Origin: an uncultured Candidatus Poseidoniales archaeon
Lineage (GTDB): Archaea; Thermoplasmatota; Poseidoniia; Poseidoniales; Poseidoniaceae
DNA: 64,000 nucleotides
Direction of reading: 5' to 3'
NCBI GenBank assembly: GCA_964526385.1
Contig: CAZGJD010000009.1
Span: 8,358 to 72,357, forward strand
Positions 53,383 through 63,066 of this stretch are shown here, in pieces. A model generated the notes under the pieces. The model worked only from the letters and a program-made list of their open reading frames with translations. It did not search any database and had not been told where the DNA came from. A program made the translations under genes and the position numbers. Every line of letters starts with the position of its first letter. Within the stretch, counting starts at the first letter, position 1.

Positions 53383-54162
53383 ATGGATTATGACACTCTG
53401 ACTGTTCTTGAGTTGAAAACCATCTGCAAGGACAGAGGTTTGAAAGTAAGTGGAAACAAGTCTGAAATTGTAATCAGACTGATGGAGGATGACGAGTCAA
53501 AGTTACCAAAACCCGTAGAAATTAATTCCGGAACTGTAACCCATAATCAGCCTCAAGTGATATTCGTCACACAACATAATTCTACACTTCCTGCAATATT
53601 GGGTGTATTCATTATCCTATATGGAATGTTTAGAGCTGGATATTCTTTCCTTTGGATTGATTATTCATCAATTCACGCCGTTATTGGGGTGGGAATTGGA
53701 TTAGGATTCGTGTTTGCTGGAATAATTGTTGTACAAGGGTACAAAGTGGGACTAAAGATAGCCGTTGGAATATTATTGTTATCTGGTGCTTTATCCTTGT
53801 TTTTCATTGATGAAGTGACTCCATTATCAATCGGATTTGGCACTGGTGATGATGCATGTGGCCTATTTTCAGTGATGTTGTCGACATTTTGTTTACTAAT
53901 AGTTGGAACACCATTATTTTTTGATACCGAGAATTACTTCAAAGAAGGACGACCGAATTATTTAGGCGCCATAGCAGACATGACCGATGGTCTTTCACCT
54001 TTACCAATTTTTACTGGAAGTAGTATGGTCACGAAAAATAAAACAGAAGTGAAGGTAGTAACAAACTGTACGCATTGTGATACAAAACTAAAGGTTCCAG
54101 AGGGTTATAGTGGAAAGGCAAAATGCCCATCTTGTAATCAATCTTTCAAAGTAAATTTGTGA
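53383..54162 (+). CDS. Membrane protein with an N-terminal SAP-like motif and a C-terminal zinc ribbon
   Basis: LTVLELKTICKDRGLKVSGNKSEIVIRLMEDD (SAP pattern), ~4 hydrophobic helices, and C-terminal CTHCDTKLKVPEGYSGKAKCPSC. Confidence 0.65.
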   Translation: MDYDTLTVLELKTICKDRGLKVSGNKSEIVIRLMEDDESKLPKPVEINSGTVTHNQPQVIFVTQHNSTLPAILGVFIILYGMFRAGYSFLWIDYSSIHAVIGVGIGLGFVFAGIIVVQGYKVGLKIAVGILLLSGALSLFFIDEVTPLSIGFGTGDDACGLFSVMLSTFCLLIVGTPLFFDTENYFKEGRPNYLGAIADMTDGLSPLPIFTGSSMVTKNKTEVKVVTNCTHCDTKLKVPEGYSGKAKCPSCNQSFKVNL

Positions 54163-54191
54163 TGTTTAATTGAATTCAGTACGTAAATACT

Positions 54192-54217
54192 GTTTTCAGT
54201 TAAGCATTTGATTTTTG
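54192..54217 (+). terminator. Candidate oligo-T termination signals after the SAP/Zn-ribbon gene
   Basis: CTGTTTTCAG...GATTTTTGCA has T4 and T5 runs within 55 nt of the stop, in a convergent intergenic gap. Confidence 0.3.
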
Positions 54218-54236
54218 CAGAGTTGCTGTTTTAGAG

Positions 54237-54518
54237 TCACATCGATTCAGACTCGTCATCCATTCCTCTAATTTCGTAATTTGATGGGAATAGAGCCACA
54301 ATAACTCCTGCAATTAGAAATCCAAGACCTAGGGCAAAGTCATGTGAAACAAACAAAAACTCCAGAGCGAACACCACAAGCAAAAGCCCTCCAATGTTGG
54401 AGACCCAAACCAATGTCTTGAATGTTGATAATGACACTCCTGTAGTCTTTGCACCTCTTACAGGGCCAAACTCTCCACCAAATCTCTGTGCTCCTTCATG
54501 TTCAGGTTGTTTACTCAT
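54237..54518 (-). CDS. Small membrane protein
   Basis: 93 aa with two hydrophobic helices (LVWVSNIGGLLLVVFALEFLFV and GLGFLIAGVIVALF). Confidence 0.45.
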   Translation of the reverse strand: MSKQPEHEGAQRFGGEFGPVRGAKTTGVSLSTFKTLVWVSNIGGLLLVVFALEFLFVSHDFALGLGFLIAGVIVALFPSNYEIRGMDDESESM

Positions 54519-54522
54519 ATTA

Positions 54523-54855
54523 TCACCTATCTATCATTGTAATCGCATCAGTAGGACACGCAAGCACACATAACCTACACCCAGTGCAAGCATCTCGAAT
54601 AATTCTAGCTTTTCGATTACTAGGGACATTTATCAATGTTGATGCTACATCTTTGTGATACAATTCAATTGCGTCATCATCACAAACGATGGTACATTGG
54701 TCACAGCCTATGCAAAGATTTTCTGTAACCCAAGCTACTGTCCCTTCTCCTCCCTTAATCTGTGATCTTCTCTCACCTTTCTGGCGAGCAAGAGCGATGG
54801 CGATACGCTCGGCTTCTTTCGCCCTGCGTTTTGCTAAGTCCTCAGTAGAGGTCAT
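54523..54855 (-). CDS. 2x[4Fe-4S] ferredoxin-domain protein with a basic N-terminal extension
   Basis: CIGCDQCTIVCDDDAI and CTGCRLCVLACPTDAI. Confidence 0.75.
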   Translation of the reverse strand: MTSTEDLAKRRAKEAERIAIALARQKGERRSQIKGGEGTVAWVTENLCIGCDQCTIVCDDDAIELYHKDVASTLINVPSNRKARIIRDACTGCRLCVLACPTDAITMIDR

Positions 54856-55499
54856 GTATTCACCTCTATTTGAGTTGAGTTTTCAAATTTATCCACGGAT
54901 AGATTAACCAGAAAATCTCCAAGACAGTAAAATGCACCTACCAGTAAAGGGGGATTCCAAGCGGTCAAACCTGTCCAGGGAACTTCATTCGCCCAAGTCC
55001 AATTTTGTAAGTATGTCCCCCATAATTCCATCATTAATGCTAACCATGCCATCGTTACATACAGGGAGGGTTGAGGTCCAAATTTTGTAAATAGAAGTAC
55101 AAGGATCAATAAAACCACACCGGAGGTATCTGTACCCTCATACACCCCGTAGATTACTAGTGGAACGAATGGGATCAGTATATACAATGCGATTGATTTA
55201 TTGATATATTCTGCTATCCTCTTTCCTGAATCGAATAAGAACCAGTGCCCTACAGGTACAAATAATGGCATAAGTCCACGTTGATATTCGTAAATTAGCC
55301 AAACTTCACTGAAGAAAAGCTCCATCGGAGTTGCGAGAGAAATGACGGTTAACATTTCGATTCTTTCTCGACTTTCAGCCTTGTAATACAGGCCAATGAA
55401 TAATCCAATGCACCAGATATTTACCGGCCATTCACTATATTTGGCTGAAATATAAAGCCCCACAATTATAGTAACTGCGTAGACAATTAATCTATTCAA
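54852..55499 (-). CDS. Hypothetical polytopic membrane protein
   Basis: 215 aa with ~6 hydrophobic helices. It overlaps the downstream ferredoxin gene by 4 nt. Confidence 0.5.
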   Translation of the reverse strand: MNRLIVYAVTIIVGLYISAKYSEWPVNIWCIGLFIGLYYKAESRERIEMLTVISLATPMELFFSEVWLIYEYQRGLMPLFVPVGHWFLFDSGKRIAEYINKSIALYILIPFVPLVIYGVYEGTDTSGVVLLILVLLFTKFGPQPSLYVTMAWLALMMELWGTYLQNWTWANEVPWTGLTAWNPPLLVGAFYCLGDFLVNLSVDKFENSTQIEVNT

Positions 55500-55519
55500 A
55501 CCTCAACCCCACTCCCAGA

Positions 55520-56737
55520 TTATTCTGCAAAATTGTCCAATTGTGATTGAGATTCTGCACCCATAGCGAGCATAGATAACTCTGAAACCAATGCATGCCA
55601 GGTCCTTGCATGTTCACCGAATGAATCTCCTACCTCACTGTAGGACCTAAAGACTGCAGAGGGTGAGTTCAAATTTTCCATTTCACCCTTTTTTGGATTA
55701 ATTCTGTAAAACCAGGAAGCAGCTTCCCCATCTACTAGGTAAACAACTGGTTCTACAGTAGCTCCTTCACTTGTTTTCATGGTTGTAGGAACTCCTTCTT
55801 GAATTAAGAAGTTTTCAACATCAACACCTCCCTTTGAATACATCAATTTCTTGAATTTACGATTTGACAAATTTAACAATTGGTCACCACTTGTAACAGC
55901 CATTATCCCTAAACCATAGGTACCTCTATCGTTTTTAATGAAAGCGACGGGTTGTCTATCTATTCCCAGAGATTCATATTTTGCTGCAATTTTTGCCAAG
56001 AATTCATCTACCTCAGTGGCAAGCATCAATCGACAAGTTTCCTTTTCCAAACACTTGTCTTCGCTGACGAACCAATCTGCCAAAAGGTGCCAGGAATCTA
56101 TTCCAATTATCTCTGAAATCTCTTCTACATATTTTTGCAAATGTTGGTAATGTTCAGACTTGCGTCTCCTTTGCCAACCCATGTGAGGAGGTGGTGAAAC
56201 ATTGCTCGTACTCAACCCATCTACCATACCTTCAGTCAAGTCATTGTTTAGCATAACTAGGTCTGGTTTTGAACCATTAACGTGAATTTTATCATCTATT
56301 ATCGACACCTGATCTAGTATCAAAGGACCAGAAATTCCGTCTAGGGAACCGTGCCCTTCTAAATCGGGAGAGCCCACTGTACAACGAAATCCTGCCTTTT
56401 TGACAAGTCGCTTGATTGTTGCTACATTCTCAACATAGCCCGCATTACGAGTGTGAGATTCAGGGTAGAGATGAACCCAAGCGCAATTTGGATGCTTTCT
56501 AATTATGTGGTCCTTGAGAAGTTTTGAAAGAACTTCTTCATCACCTTCTGAGACGTTATTAAAACCAGCCGGAAAGTGATTTGCGTCCACTACTGCGACT
56601 TTCCACCCGCAGTCCCTAATGTCGACACTACCATAAATTGGAATTGGAACTTCTGCCCTCTTTTTATTCATCCATTCAGTGATTTCTTCCCGCTTATCTT
56701 CAAGCGATTTTGTAATTTCGTGTAGTATGGAAATCAC
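55520..56737 (-). CDS. gshA: Glutamate-cysteine ligase-like (the small 'T. ferrooxidans-type' GshA family; from memory)
   Basis: VPIPIYGSVDIRDCGWKVAVVDANHFPAGFNNV matches my recollection of the N-terminal signature of that family. ~400 aa. Needs HMM confirmation. Confidence 0.45.
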   Translation of the reverse strand: MISILHEITKSLEDKREEITEWMNKKRAEVPIPIYGSVDIRDCGWKVAVVDANHFPAGFNNVSEGDEEVLSKLLKDHIIRKHPNCAWVHLYPESHTRNAGYVENVATIKRLVKKAGFRCTVGSPDLEGHGSLDGISGPLILDQVSIIDDKIHVNGSKPDLVMLNNDLTEGMVDGLSTSNVSPPPHMGWQRRRKSEHYQHLQKYVEEISEIIGIDSWHLLADWFVSEDKCLEKETCRLMLATEVDEFLAKIAAKYESLGIDRQPVAFIKNDRGTYGLGIMAVTSGDQLLNLSNRKFKKLMYSKGGVDVENFLIQEGVPTTMKTSEGATVEPVVYLVDGEAASWFYRINPKKGEMENLNSPSAVFRSYSEVGDSFGEHARTWHALVSELSMLAMGAESQSQLDNFAE

Positions 56738-58446
56738 ATCACCTCCTCGATTAATGATTTTGCATCACCGCTCTTTTTGGATCTTCCACCATCGATAATA
56801 TGCATCGATTCGAATAGAGCCATACCTAAACAAATTTCTGGCTGTTTAATTAACTCTCGTTCTAAATCAGGATACCTTTTTGCATAATCTGGTACGAGGG
56901 GGTTTAGGTCATCTAGGATTTTTTCTATCAATCTTGGAGAGGTTGCCCTACCTGCAGGTAATTTTGGCCTGTATACTATTTCTTCGGGTAGATTGGTCAA
57001 ACTTGCGGCTTTTCTCAATGCTGCTTTTTCATCGATCCCTTCTGTATATCTCCATTTCATTGGAAGACGGTTTGATTCATTCCTGTGACGACTACCTAAA
57101 AATGGCACCCTGACTTCTAACCCATGAGCCATTGAGTGTCTATCTACTAACCTTAGTTGGAAATTCGATAATTGGCCGTGGTCAAGTTCGAACTGCAGGA
57201 AATCCTTGAGTGATTTCGTGTGATTTTCCGGTGTTAAGTCTTCAGTCCACCATTTATCTTCTTTGAGATTATCCAAATTGAAATTCATGTTGTCCAAACG
57301 ATTTCTAACCAATCTGCTATGAGCTTCTAGGTCCCTATATCTTGGATAGCCCGCATGTAATTCATCGGCTCCTTGACCACAAAGTCCCACTGTAACAGAT
57401 TGGGACATTTTTTCAAATAGTGGCTGGAAAAATAGCACTGTTACATCAAAATCTTCCCCATGCCAAGATAAATCAGGTAGCCTGTTATTGAATGAATCTT
57501 CATCTAGCACATATTGGTGATGTTCTAAATCCAAACTAGATGCTACAAGTTCAGCAGCCTTCCAATCAGGATTATCCTCGCTTTCCGCAACTGTCCAGCA
57601 AGCAGGAACCGGTTGATTTGCTATATCTGCAGCATCCCTTGCTACTGCGCAAACCAAACTTGAATCCAAACCACCAGAAAGCACGATGCCTAGCGGGACA
57701 TCTGACATCAAACGGTCACTCACACTCAATGTGAAACTCTCAAGCAAACCTTGCGGATCGTCCCAAAATTCCGCAGGTTCAACCCTTTGAGTCTCGAATC
57801 GACATGAGCTGACCAACTTGGGATGTCCATCAATAAATTCCCAAACCTCAACAGTTCCCGGCCTGACTTGGTAAACTCCATTGAATAAAGATGATGCATC
57901 TAGAGGATATTCCCAGGCGATTCTTGCTTTTATCGCTTCTAAATCCATTTCTGAATGATATTCTTCATGAGAGCGCAGTGCTTTTACCTCACTTGAAAAC
58001 AATAATGTATCGTTCACTATTGTTCGAAAAAGTGGTTTGATACCCATTGGGTCTCTTGCTAGTATCAGTTGACCATTTGACCATAGTGCAAAAGCGAACA
58101 TTCCATCAAGTTTGGAAATCCATTTTGAATGCTCTTTCGCAGAACCATAACCAGTGTGAAGAGACAAAATAACTTCACTATCTCCGTTAGTGCTGTAATT
58201 ATACTGTCTACTTTTCAGATCTAAATAATTGTATATTTCACCATTTACGACGCATACCTTGCCATCGCCAAATAATGGTTGGGGAGACCCTGATACGTCG
58301 ACTATTGCTAATCTTGCATGTGCCAAGCCACAGATTTCGTCGGCGAAAATTCCGCTTCCATCAGGACCTCTGTGTTGCATCAAATCAATCATACGTGAAA
58401 GTACCGACTTGTCGGGATTACCAAGCATACCGCCTATCCCGCACAT
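56734..58446 (-). CDS. Asparagine synthase (glutamine-hydrolysing)-family amidotransferase
   Basis: MCGIGG (Ntn Cys-2) and the PP-loop SGGLDSS. 570 aa. Confidence 0.8.
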   Translation of the reverse strand: MCGIGGMLGNPDKSVLSRMIDLMQHRGPDGSGIFADEICGLAHARLAIVDVSGSPQPLFGDGKVCVVNGEIYNYLDLKSRQYNYSTNGDSEVILSLHTGYGSAKEHSKWISKLDGMFAFALWSNGQLILARDPMGIKPLFRTIVNDTLLFSSEVKALRSHEEYHSEMDLEAIKARIAWEYPLDASSLFNGVYQVRPGTVEVWEFIDGHPKLVSSCRFETQRVEPAEFWDDPQGLLESFTLSVSDRLMSDVPLGIVLSGGLDSSLVCAVARDAADIANQPVPACWTVAESEDNPDWKAAELVASSLDLEHHQYVLDEDSFNNRLPDLSWHGEDFDVTVLFFQPLFEKMSQSVTVGLCGQGADELHAGYPRYRDLEAHSRLVRNRLDNMNFNLDNLKEDKWWTEDLTPENHTKSLKDFLQFELDHGQLSNFQLRLVDRHSMAHGLEVRVPFLGSRHRNESNRLPMKWRYTEGIDEKAALRKAASLTNLPEEIVYRPKLPAGRATSPRLIEKILDDLNPLVPDYAKRYPDLERELIKQPEICLGMALFESMHIIDGGRSKKSGDAKSLIEEVM

Positions 58447-58488
58447 ATTAATCCCTGAAATTACCTCTTGAAGAGGGCTTGCTTCTGC

Positions 58489-58599
58489 TCACCATAGAGG
58501 ATAAACGAAGAATGTGATAATTAAGAAGACGAATGATAGTAAAAATGTCATCAAATATGTGCTCTGAGGCGGGTCGTTAGATGTCTCATCATCACTCAT
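58489..58599 (-). CDS. Possible 36-aa single-TM micro-protein
   Basis: Not in the ORF track. My manual translation is MSDDETSNDPPQSTYLMTFLLSFVFLIITFFVYPLW*. It lies between the polyprenol-kinase-like gene and the AsnB-like gene. Confidence 0.25.
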   Translation of the reverse strand: MSDDETSNDPPQSTYLMTFLLSFVFLIITFFVYPLW

Positions 58600-58651
58600 A
58601 ATGTCTCACCTATTACGACGCAATTAAACTCGCCATTTCAACATAATGGTT

Positions 58652-59269
58652 TCACAACCACGGTATAGTCAATAAAATCGTGAATAAAGGAATCAACAAC
58701 ATAGTGGCATTATCATCAATCCAAGTTAGCCTTGGCCATTCTGAGGCCACGCAAATTGGAGCCATAATCAAGGCAAGAATAATTGGTGTATCGAAGAAAT
58801 TCCAGCACATAAGCCAAATTATTCCAACAAAAATTGAACCAATTATTGCAACATTCTTGCTGTTCAAATCCTTCCTACGAAGTTCTCCTAGGAATGGATC
58901 ACCCAGCGACAATGAAAGTATTAGTGGCCAAACATATTCTGGATTGTCTGGTAGCGCAATGAATGTCAAACCTATTGCAATCCCTCCCCAAGCGAGAGCA
59001 CTAACCTGTTTTGCTTCGTAATCTCTTTGTCCAAAAATCGTGAATCCTAATTTGAGACGTATCATTTCAGCAAGGATTAGAATTATGGTTAGCCCAGAGA
59101 CAACTTGAGCAACCTCAAGATTAACAAGTTCAGAAATCTTTTCTCCATATTCAAAGTAAACAAATGGTATCAAGGACATCGATAGATGAAATGACCTTCT
59201 GAATATGTGGCCTTTTACACCACCCACGGAATGATTTACTGGGTCAGTTAGTGCGACCTGTTCACTCAT
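58652..59269 (-). CDS. Polytopic membrane protein, possibly dolichol/polyprenol kinase family (COG0170-like)
   Basis: RRSFHLSM, AEMIRLK, LSLGDPFLGELRRK and IDDNATMLLIPL loosely match conserved positions of CTP-dependent polyprenol kinases. Confidence 0.4.
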   Translation of the reverse strand: MSEQVALTDPVNHSVGGVKGHIFRRSFHLSMSLIPFVYFEYGEKISELVNLEVAQVVSGLTIILILAEMIRLKLGFTIFGQRDYEAKQVSALAWGGIAIGLTFIALPDNPEYVWPLILSLSLGDPFLGELRRKDLNSKNVAIIGSIFVGIIWLMCWNFFDTPIILALIMAPICVASEWPRLTWIDDNATMLLIPLFTILLTIPWL

Positions 59270-60083
59270 CGAGTTCCCTCAAAGCGTCTTGAATTGACAA
59301 CCCTTCTTGACTGATGCGGTCAAGAATCAACTCAAACTTCGGATTTGTGACTATTTTACTCTCATGCGCCATAAGTAATTTTTGACGGGCCCTTGCTCTT
59401 GATGACGATTCACGTGCTTCTAAATTTAGCATTAGATTTGCAACTTCTTTAACACCCTCTCCGCTTAGTGCACTTGTTCTGACAATATTTGGTGGGTCAT
59501 CAGATAGGGTTAATGAAATTGTCAAGTCATTGAAAACCTTCTCTGAACCTTCTAAATCTGATTTGTTAACAATAATCAAATCAGCCAGTTCCAATAACCC
59601 AGCCTTTTCAGCCTGTATGCTATCACCTCTCGCCGGACCTTCAACAACAATAATTCTCTCGGCTACAGCGGCGCACCTTATTTCCGATTGACCAGCACCA
59701 ACGGTTTCTATGATGACCAAATCAAAATCATGGGCAAGTAGATGTGATGACAAATCTTGCACAATTAACGGAATTGAACCACCAGAAGACCTAGTAGCAA
59801 TACTTCGTATGTAAATTGATTCAGCCCTCTCATTATCATCGAGAACGTTGAATCGAATTCGGTCACCCAAGAGGGCACCTCCGCTAACGGGAGAGGTAGG
59901 GTCTACAGCTAGGACTGCGACTTTCATTTTCGGAGCTAGTTCGAATAAAATCTTGTCAATTAGACACGATTTCCCAATTCCAGGTGGCCCAGTAATTGCA
60001 ATTATTGGGCCTTCACCGACCAGCCCCTCAGTTTCGCCATTTTCTATAGAAGATAACTCTCGGGAGAGTTTTATCCTGTCCAA
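59262..60083 (-). CDS. meaB: MeaB/ArgK-type G-protein chaperone of methylmalonyl-CoA mutase
   Basis: P-loop GPPGIGKS, IIETVGAGQSE and VNKSDL (NKxD). Confidence 0.8.
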   Translation of the reverse strand: MDRIKLSRELSSIENGETEGLVGEGPIIAITGPPGIGKSCLIDKILFELAPKMKVAVLAVDPTSPVSGGALLGDRIRFNVLDDNERAESIYIRSIATRSSGGSIPLIVQDLSSHLLAHDFDLVIIETVGAGQSEIRCAAVAERIIVVEGPARGDSIQAEKAGLLELADLIIVNKSDLEGSEKVFNDLTISLTLSDDPPNIVRTSALSGEGVKEVANLMLNLEARESSSRARARQKLLMAHESKIVTNPKFELILDRISQEGLSIQDALRELDE

Positions 60084-60521
60084 TCAAACACCCCAGCGCC
60101 AATCATCTTTAGAACCGACACCGCAGTTCCTATCTGAGGCTTCATCAACAAATTGCAGGATTTCTGCTGAGGTAGTACCTGGGCCAAATATTGCTCTAAC
60201 TCCAGCACTGAATAACTCTTTTTTGTCATCCTCAGGAATAATTCCTCCACCAAAGACAACAACATCGTTTAATCCCGCCTCTCTCAGCAGTTCACAAATT
60301 TTAGGGAAAAGGTGACTGTGTGCGCCAGATAATGAGGACAGGCCAACAAATCTTGCATCCTCATCGATAATTGTTCTAACAATTTGACTTGGAGTACGTC
60401 GTAATCCGGTATAAATCACTTCATGCCCACCATCACGTAGAGCCCGCGCAACGACTTTCGCACCTCTATCGTGACCATCGAGACCTGGTTTCGCAATTAC
60501 GATACGCTGTCGGCCCCCCAT
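60084..60521 (-). CDS. Methylmalonyl-CoA mutase, B12-binding (small) subunit
   Basis: [33 protein letters not shown] carries the DxHxxG cobalamin-binding motif. 145 aa. Confidence 0.9.
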   Translation of the reverse strand: MGGRQRIVIAKPGLDGHDRGAKVVARALRDGGHEVIYTGLRRTPSQIVRTIIDEDARFVGLSSLSGAHSHLFPKICELLREAGLNDVVVFGGGIIPEDDKKELFSAGVRAIFGPGTTSAEILQFVDEASDRNCGVGSKDDWRWGV

Positions 60522-60621
60522 GGTTCGAGGTGTGTAGGGAGGTGTATGAAGGGCTTACGGTAGTTAAAACGCACACAACCAATAAGAGCGTCCTTTTGCA
60601 GTGTTCCTTTTGGCGAATAGT

Positions 60622-62175
60622 ATGATGGGCACTGAAGACCGGTTGAAAGACCTACGTGCAAGAAAAGCAAGAGGTGAGGCTGGCGGCGGTCAAGCAAGAG
60701 TCGATGCACAACATAATCGTGGCAAAATGACTGCAAGAGAACGTCTAGAGATGCTGTTAGACGAAGGTTCGTTCCAAGAAATTGACGCACTTGTTGAGCA
60801 CAGGTGCAGAGATTTTGACATGGACAAAAATGTGATCCCAGGAGATGGCGTAGTAACAGGCCACGGATTGATTAACGGGAGAGAAGTTTTTGCATTCGCT
60901 CAAGACTTCACAGTTTATGGTGGAAGCTTAGGGGAAATGCATGGTTTGAAAATTTGTAAAGTTCTCGACATGGCGCTAAAAACTGGACGTCCTGTAATTG
61001 GTCTAAACGATAGCGGGGGCGCTCGGATTCAAGAAGGCGTAGCAAGTTTAGGTTCGTATGCTGAAATATTTTTCAGAAATGTAAGAGCCAGTGGAGTCGT
61101 TCCACAAATTAGTGTCATCATGGGTCCGTGTGCAGGAGGTGCCGTTTATTCTCCTGCGATAACAGATTTCGTAATCATGGTCGATAAGACCGCACACATG
61201 TTTATCACCGGTCCTGAAGTAATTAAGACCGTTACAAATGAGGAAGTATCCTTTGAAGACCTTGGCGGGGCATCTACTCATGGAAGCAAATCAGGAGTAT
61301 CCCACTTCACTGCAACAGATGATGGTGAGGCAATAGACCTTGCAAGGGACTTGGTTGACTTACTACCCGCAAATAATATGGAAAAACCACCCATCAAAAA
61401 ATCATCAGATTCTGGAGAACGGTTGTGCGACAAACTTGACAGCATCATTCCAGATGACCCTTCGAAGCCATACGATGTAAAGGACGTAATAGTGGAGATT
61501 CTAGACGATGGTGGATTCATGGAAGTACAAGAAAACTGGGCAGGAAATATTGTGATTGGATTTGGACACTTGAACGGGTCCACTGTTGGAGTTGTAGCAA
61601 ACCAACCAAAAATTCTCGCAGGTTGCTTAGACATAGACGCTAGCGACAAAGCAGCAAGATTCGTTCGGTTCTGTGATGCATTCAACATTCCACTGATTAC
61701 TTTGGAAGATGTTCCAGGATTCCTACCGGGTACAAACCAAGAATGGGGTGGCATCATCAGACACGGAGCAAAATTATTGTATGCATATGCTGAAGCGACA
61801 GTCCCTAAATTGACTGTAATTCTAAGAAAGGCATACGGCGGTGCTTATGATGTCATGTCATCGAAACACATCAGGGGAGATTACAATGTCGCTTGGCCAT
61901 CGGCCCAATTAGCCGTAATGGGCGCAGAAGGAGCGGTGCAAATCATTCACAGAAGAAGACTACAAAATGCAAGAGACCCCGAAGGAGAAAGAGGAAGGTT
62001 AATCGAAGATTTTGAGGAAACTTTCGCTAACCCCTACAAAGCTGCATCTCTTGGTTACATTGATGATGTCATAGAACCAAATCAAACAAGAATGAAATTA
62101 GTAAGAGCCTTGTCCATGCTTTTGGATAAGGAGGAACTACGTCCGGCGAGAAAACACGGAAATATTCCTTTATGA
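60622..62175 (+). CDS. pccB: Propionyl-CoA carboxylase beta chain / methylmalonyl-CoA carboxyltransferase
   Basis: [50 protein letters not shown], and ...[28 protein letters not shown] 60622 is preferred over GTG 60601. Confidence 0.9.
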   Translation: MMGTEDRLKDLRARKARGEAGGGQARVDAQHNRGKMTARERLEMLLDEGSFQEIDALVEHRCRDFDMDKNVIPGDGVVTGHGLINGREVFAFAQDFTVYGGSLGEMHGLKICKVLDMALKTGRPVIGLNDSGGARIQEGVASLGSYAEIFFRNVRASGVVPQISVIMGPCAGGAVYSPAITDFVIMVDKTAHMFITGPEVIKTVTNEEVSFEDLGGASTHGSKSGVSHFTATDDGEAIDLARDLVDLLPANNMEKPPIKKSSDSGERLCDKLDSIIPDDPSKPYDVKDVIVEILDDGGFMEVQENWAGNIVIGFGHLNGSTVGVVANQPKILAGCLDIDASDKAARFVRFCDAFNIPLITLEDVPGFLPGTNQEWGGIIRHGAKLLYAYAEATVPKLTVILRKAYGGAYDVMSSKHIRGDYNVAWPSAQLAVMGAEGAVQIIHRRRLQNARDPEGERGRLIEDFEETFANPYKAASLGYIDDVIEPNQTRMKLVRALSMLLDKEELRPARKHGNIPL

Positions 62176-62184
62176 GGTGATAAT

Positions 62185-62370
62185 TTGAGTGATATAAATA
62201 CACTAAGGGTCGCAGCAATAATGGCTGTTATTTCTGCTTCTTCATCTTTAGATGATGCTTCAAATATTGGAAGGCAGACCGGTGAATCGTGGTCTATTGA
62301 CCATAGAAGAATAAACATGGGAATGTCATCTTTGATGCATGAAAGAAGTTCCCGTTCCCCATGGAGGTAA
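62185..62370 (+). CDS. Small ORF between pccB and the biotin carrier gene (possible small carboxylase subunit)
   Basis: TTG start with GAGGTGA 4 nt upstream. 61 aa including LRVAAIMAVISASS. It ends 4 nt before the next ATG. Confidence 0.4.
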   Translation: MSDINTLRVAAIMAVISASSSLDDASNIGRQTGESWSIDHRRINMGMSSLMHERSSRSPWR

Positions 62371-62374
62371 TCAA

Positions 62375-62782
62375 ATGACTGAGACGAGAAAAGTAATTGT
62401 CAATGGTGAAGAATTCGATGTTGAATTATCAAATGATGGGAACATGTGGACTGCTACAGTCAATGGAGAGAGTTTCGAAATAAAAATGCCTGACGCAGCC
62501 CCAGCGCCAAAGAAGAGATCTTCAGCGGGTGGAAAATCAAAGAAATCGGGTAAGGTCTCAGCAAATATACCAGGTAAAGTAGTAACTGTAGAAGTTTCTG
62601 TTGGAGATAACGTCAAAGAAGGCCAAGTCGTAATGATACTTGAAGCTATGAAAATGCAAAATGAAATCCAAGCACCAATTTCAGGGACCGTTACCGAAAT
62701 CCATTGTGAGGAAGGGCAGTCGATAGAGGCTAATGTTCCACTTCTGGTAATTACCCCTGAAGATACCGAAGACGAATCTTGA
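62375..62782 (+). CDS. Biotin carboxyl carrier / biotinyl-domain protein
   Basis: ILEAMKMQNEIQAPISGTV (the AMKM biotinylation site). GGAGGT lies upstream of ATG 62375. Confidence 0.8.
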   Translation: MTETRKVIVNGEEFDVELSNDGNMWTATVNGESFEIKMPDAAPAPKKRSSAGGKSKKSGKVSANIPGKVVTVEVSVGDNVKEGQVVMILEAMKMQNEIQAPISGTVTEIHCEEGQSIEANVPLLVITPEDTEDES

Positions 62783-62824
62783 AAATTACAATGGTTAAAG
62801 ATTAGTAAAGTGTTGGGATGTAAC

Positions 62825-63064
62825 ATGGGAGAAGAAGCTGTCTGTGATTATCCGGGTTGTAATCAGGTAGGAGACATCATTTCAAGACTATCTCCTGAAG
62901 GATATTTGGTTGCAACTGGTAAGAAGGCTTACTCCTTCAGGGAAGCATACAGGAGATTCCATTACTGCGGAGACCATCATGAAGAATTGATGGGTGGAGT
63001 TTGGTCTCGAGTAAGAAAACCTGATGACAAAAACGACGGGCATGTAGCGCCAACTGCGATTTGA
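62825..63064 (+). CDS. Hypothetical small Cys/His-containing protein
   Basis: MGEEAVCDYPGCNQ...FHYCGDHH. Possibly metal-binding; no family recognised. Confidence 0.35.
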   Translation: MGEEAVCDYPGCNQVGDIISRLSPEGYLVATGKKAYSFREAYRRFHYCGDHHEELMGGVWSRVRKPDDKNDGHVAPTAI

Positions 63065-63066
63065 AA

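Noticed and set aside
61278-62826. Minus-strand ORFs 61278..61757 (159 aa) and 62371..62826 (151 aa).
   Set aside because: They are antisense to pccB and the biotinyl-carrier gene, both of which have unmistakable family motifs. They have no motifs of their own.
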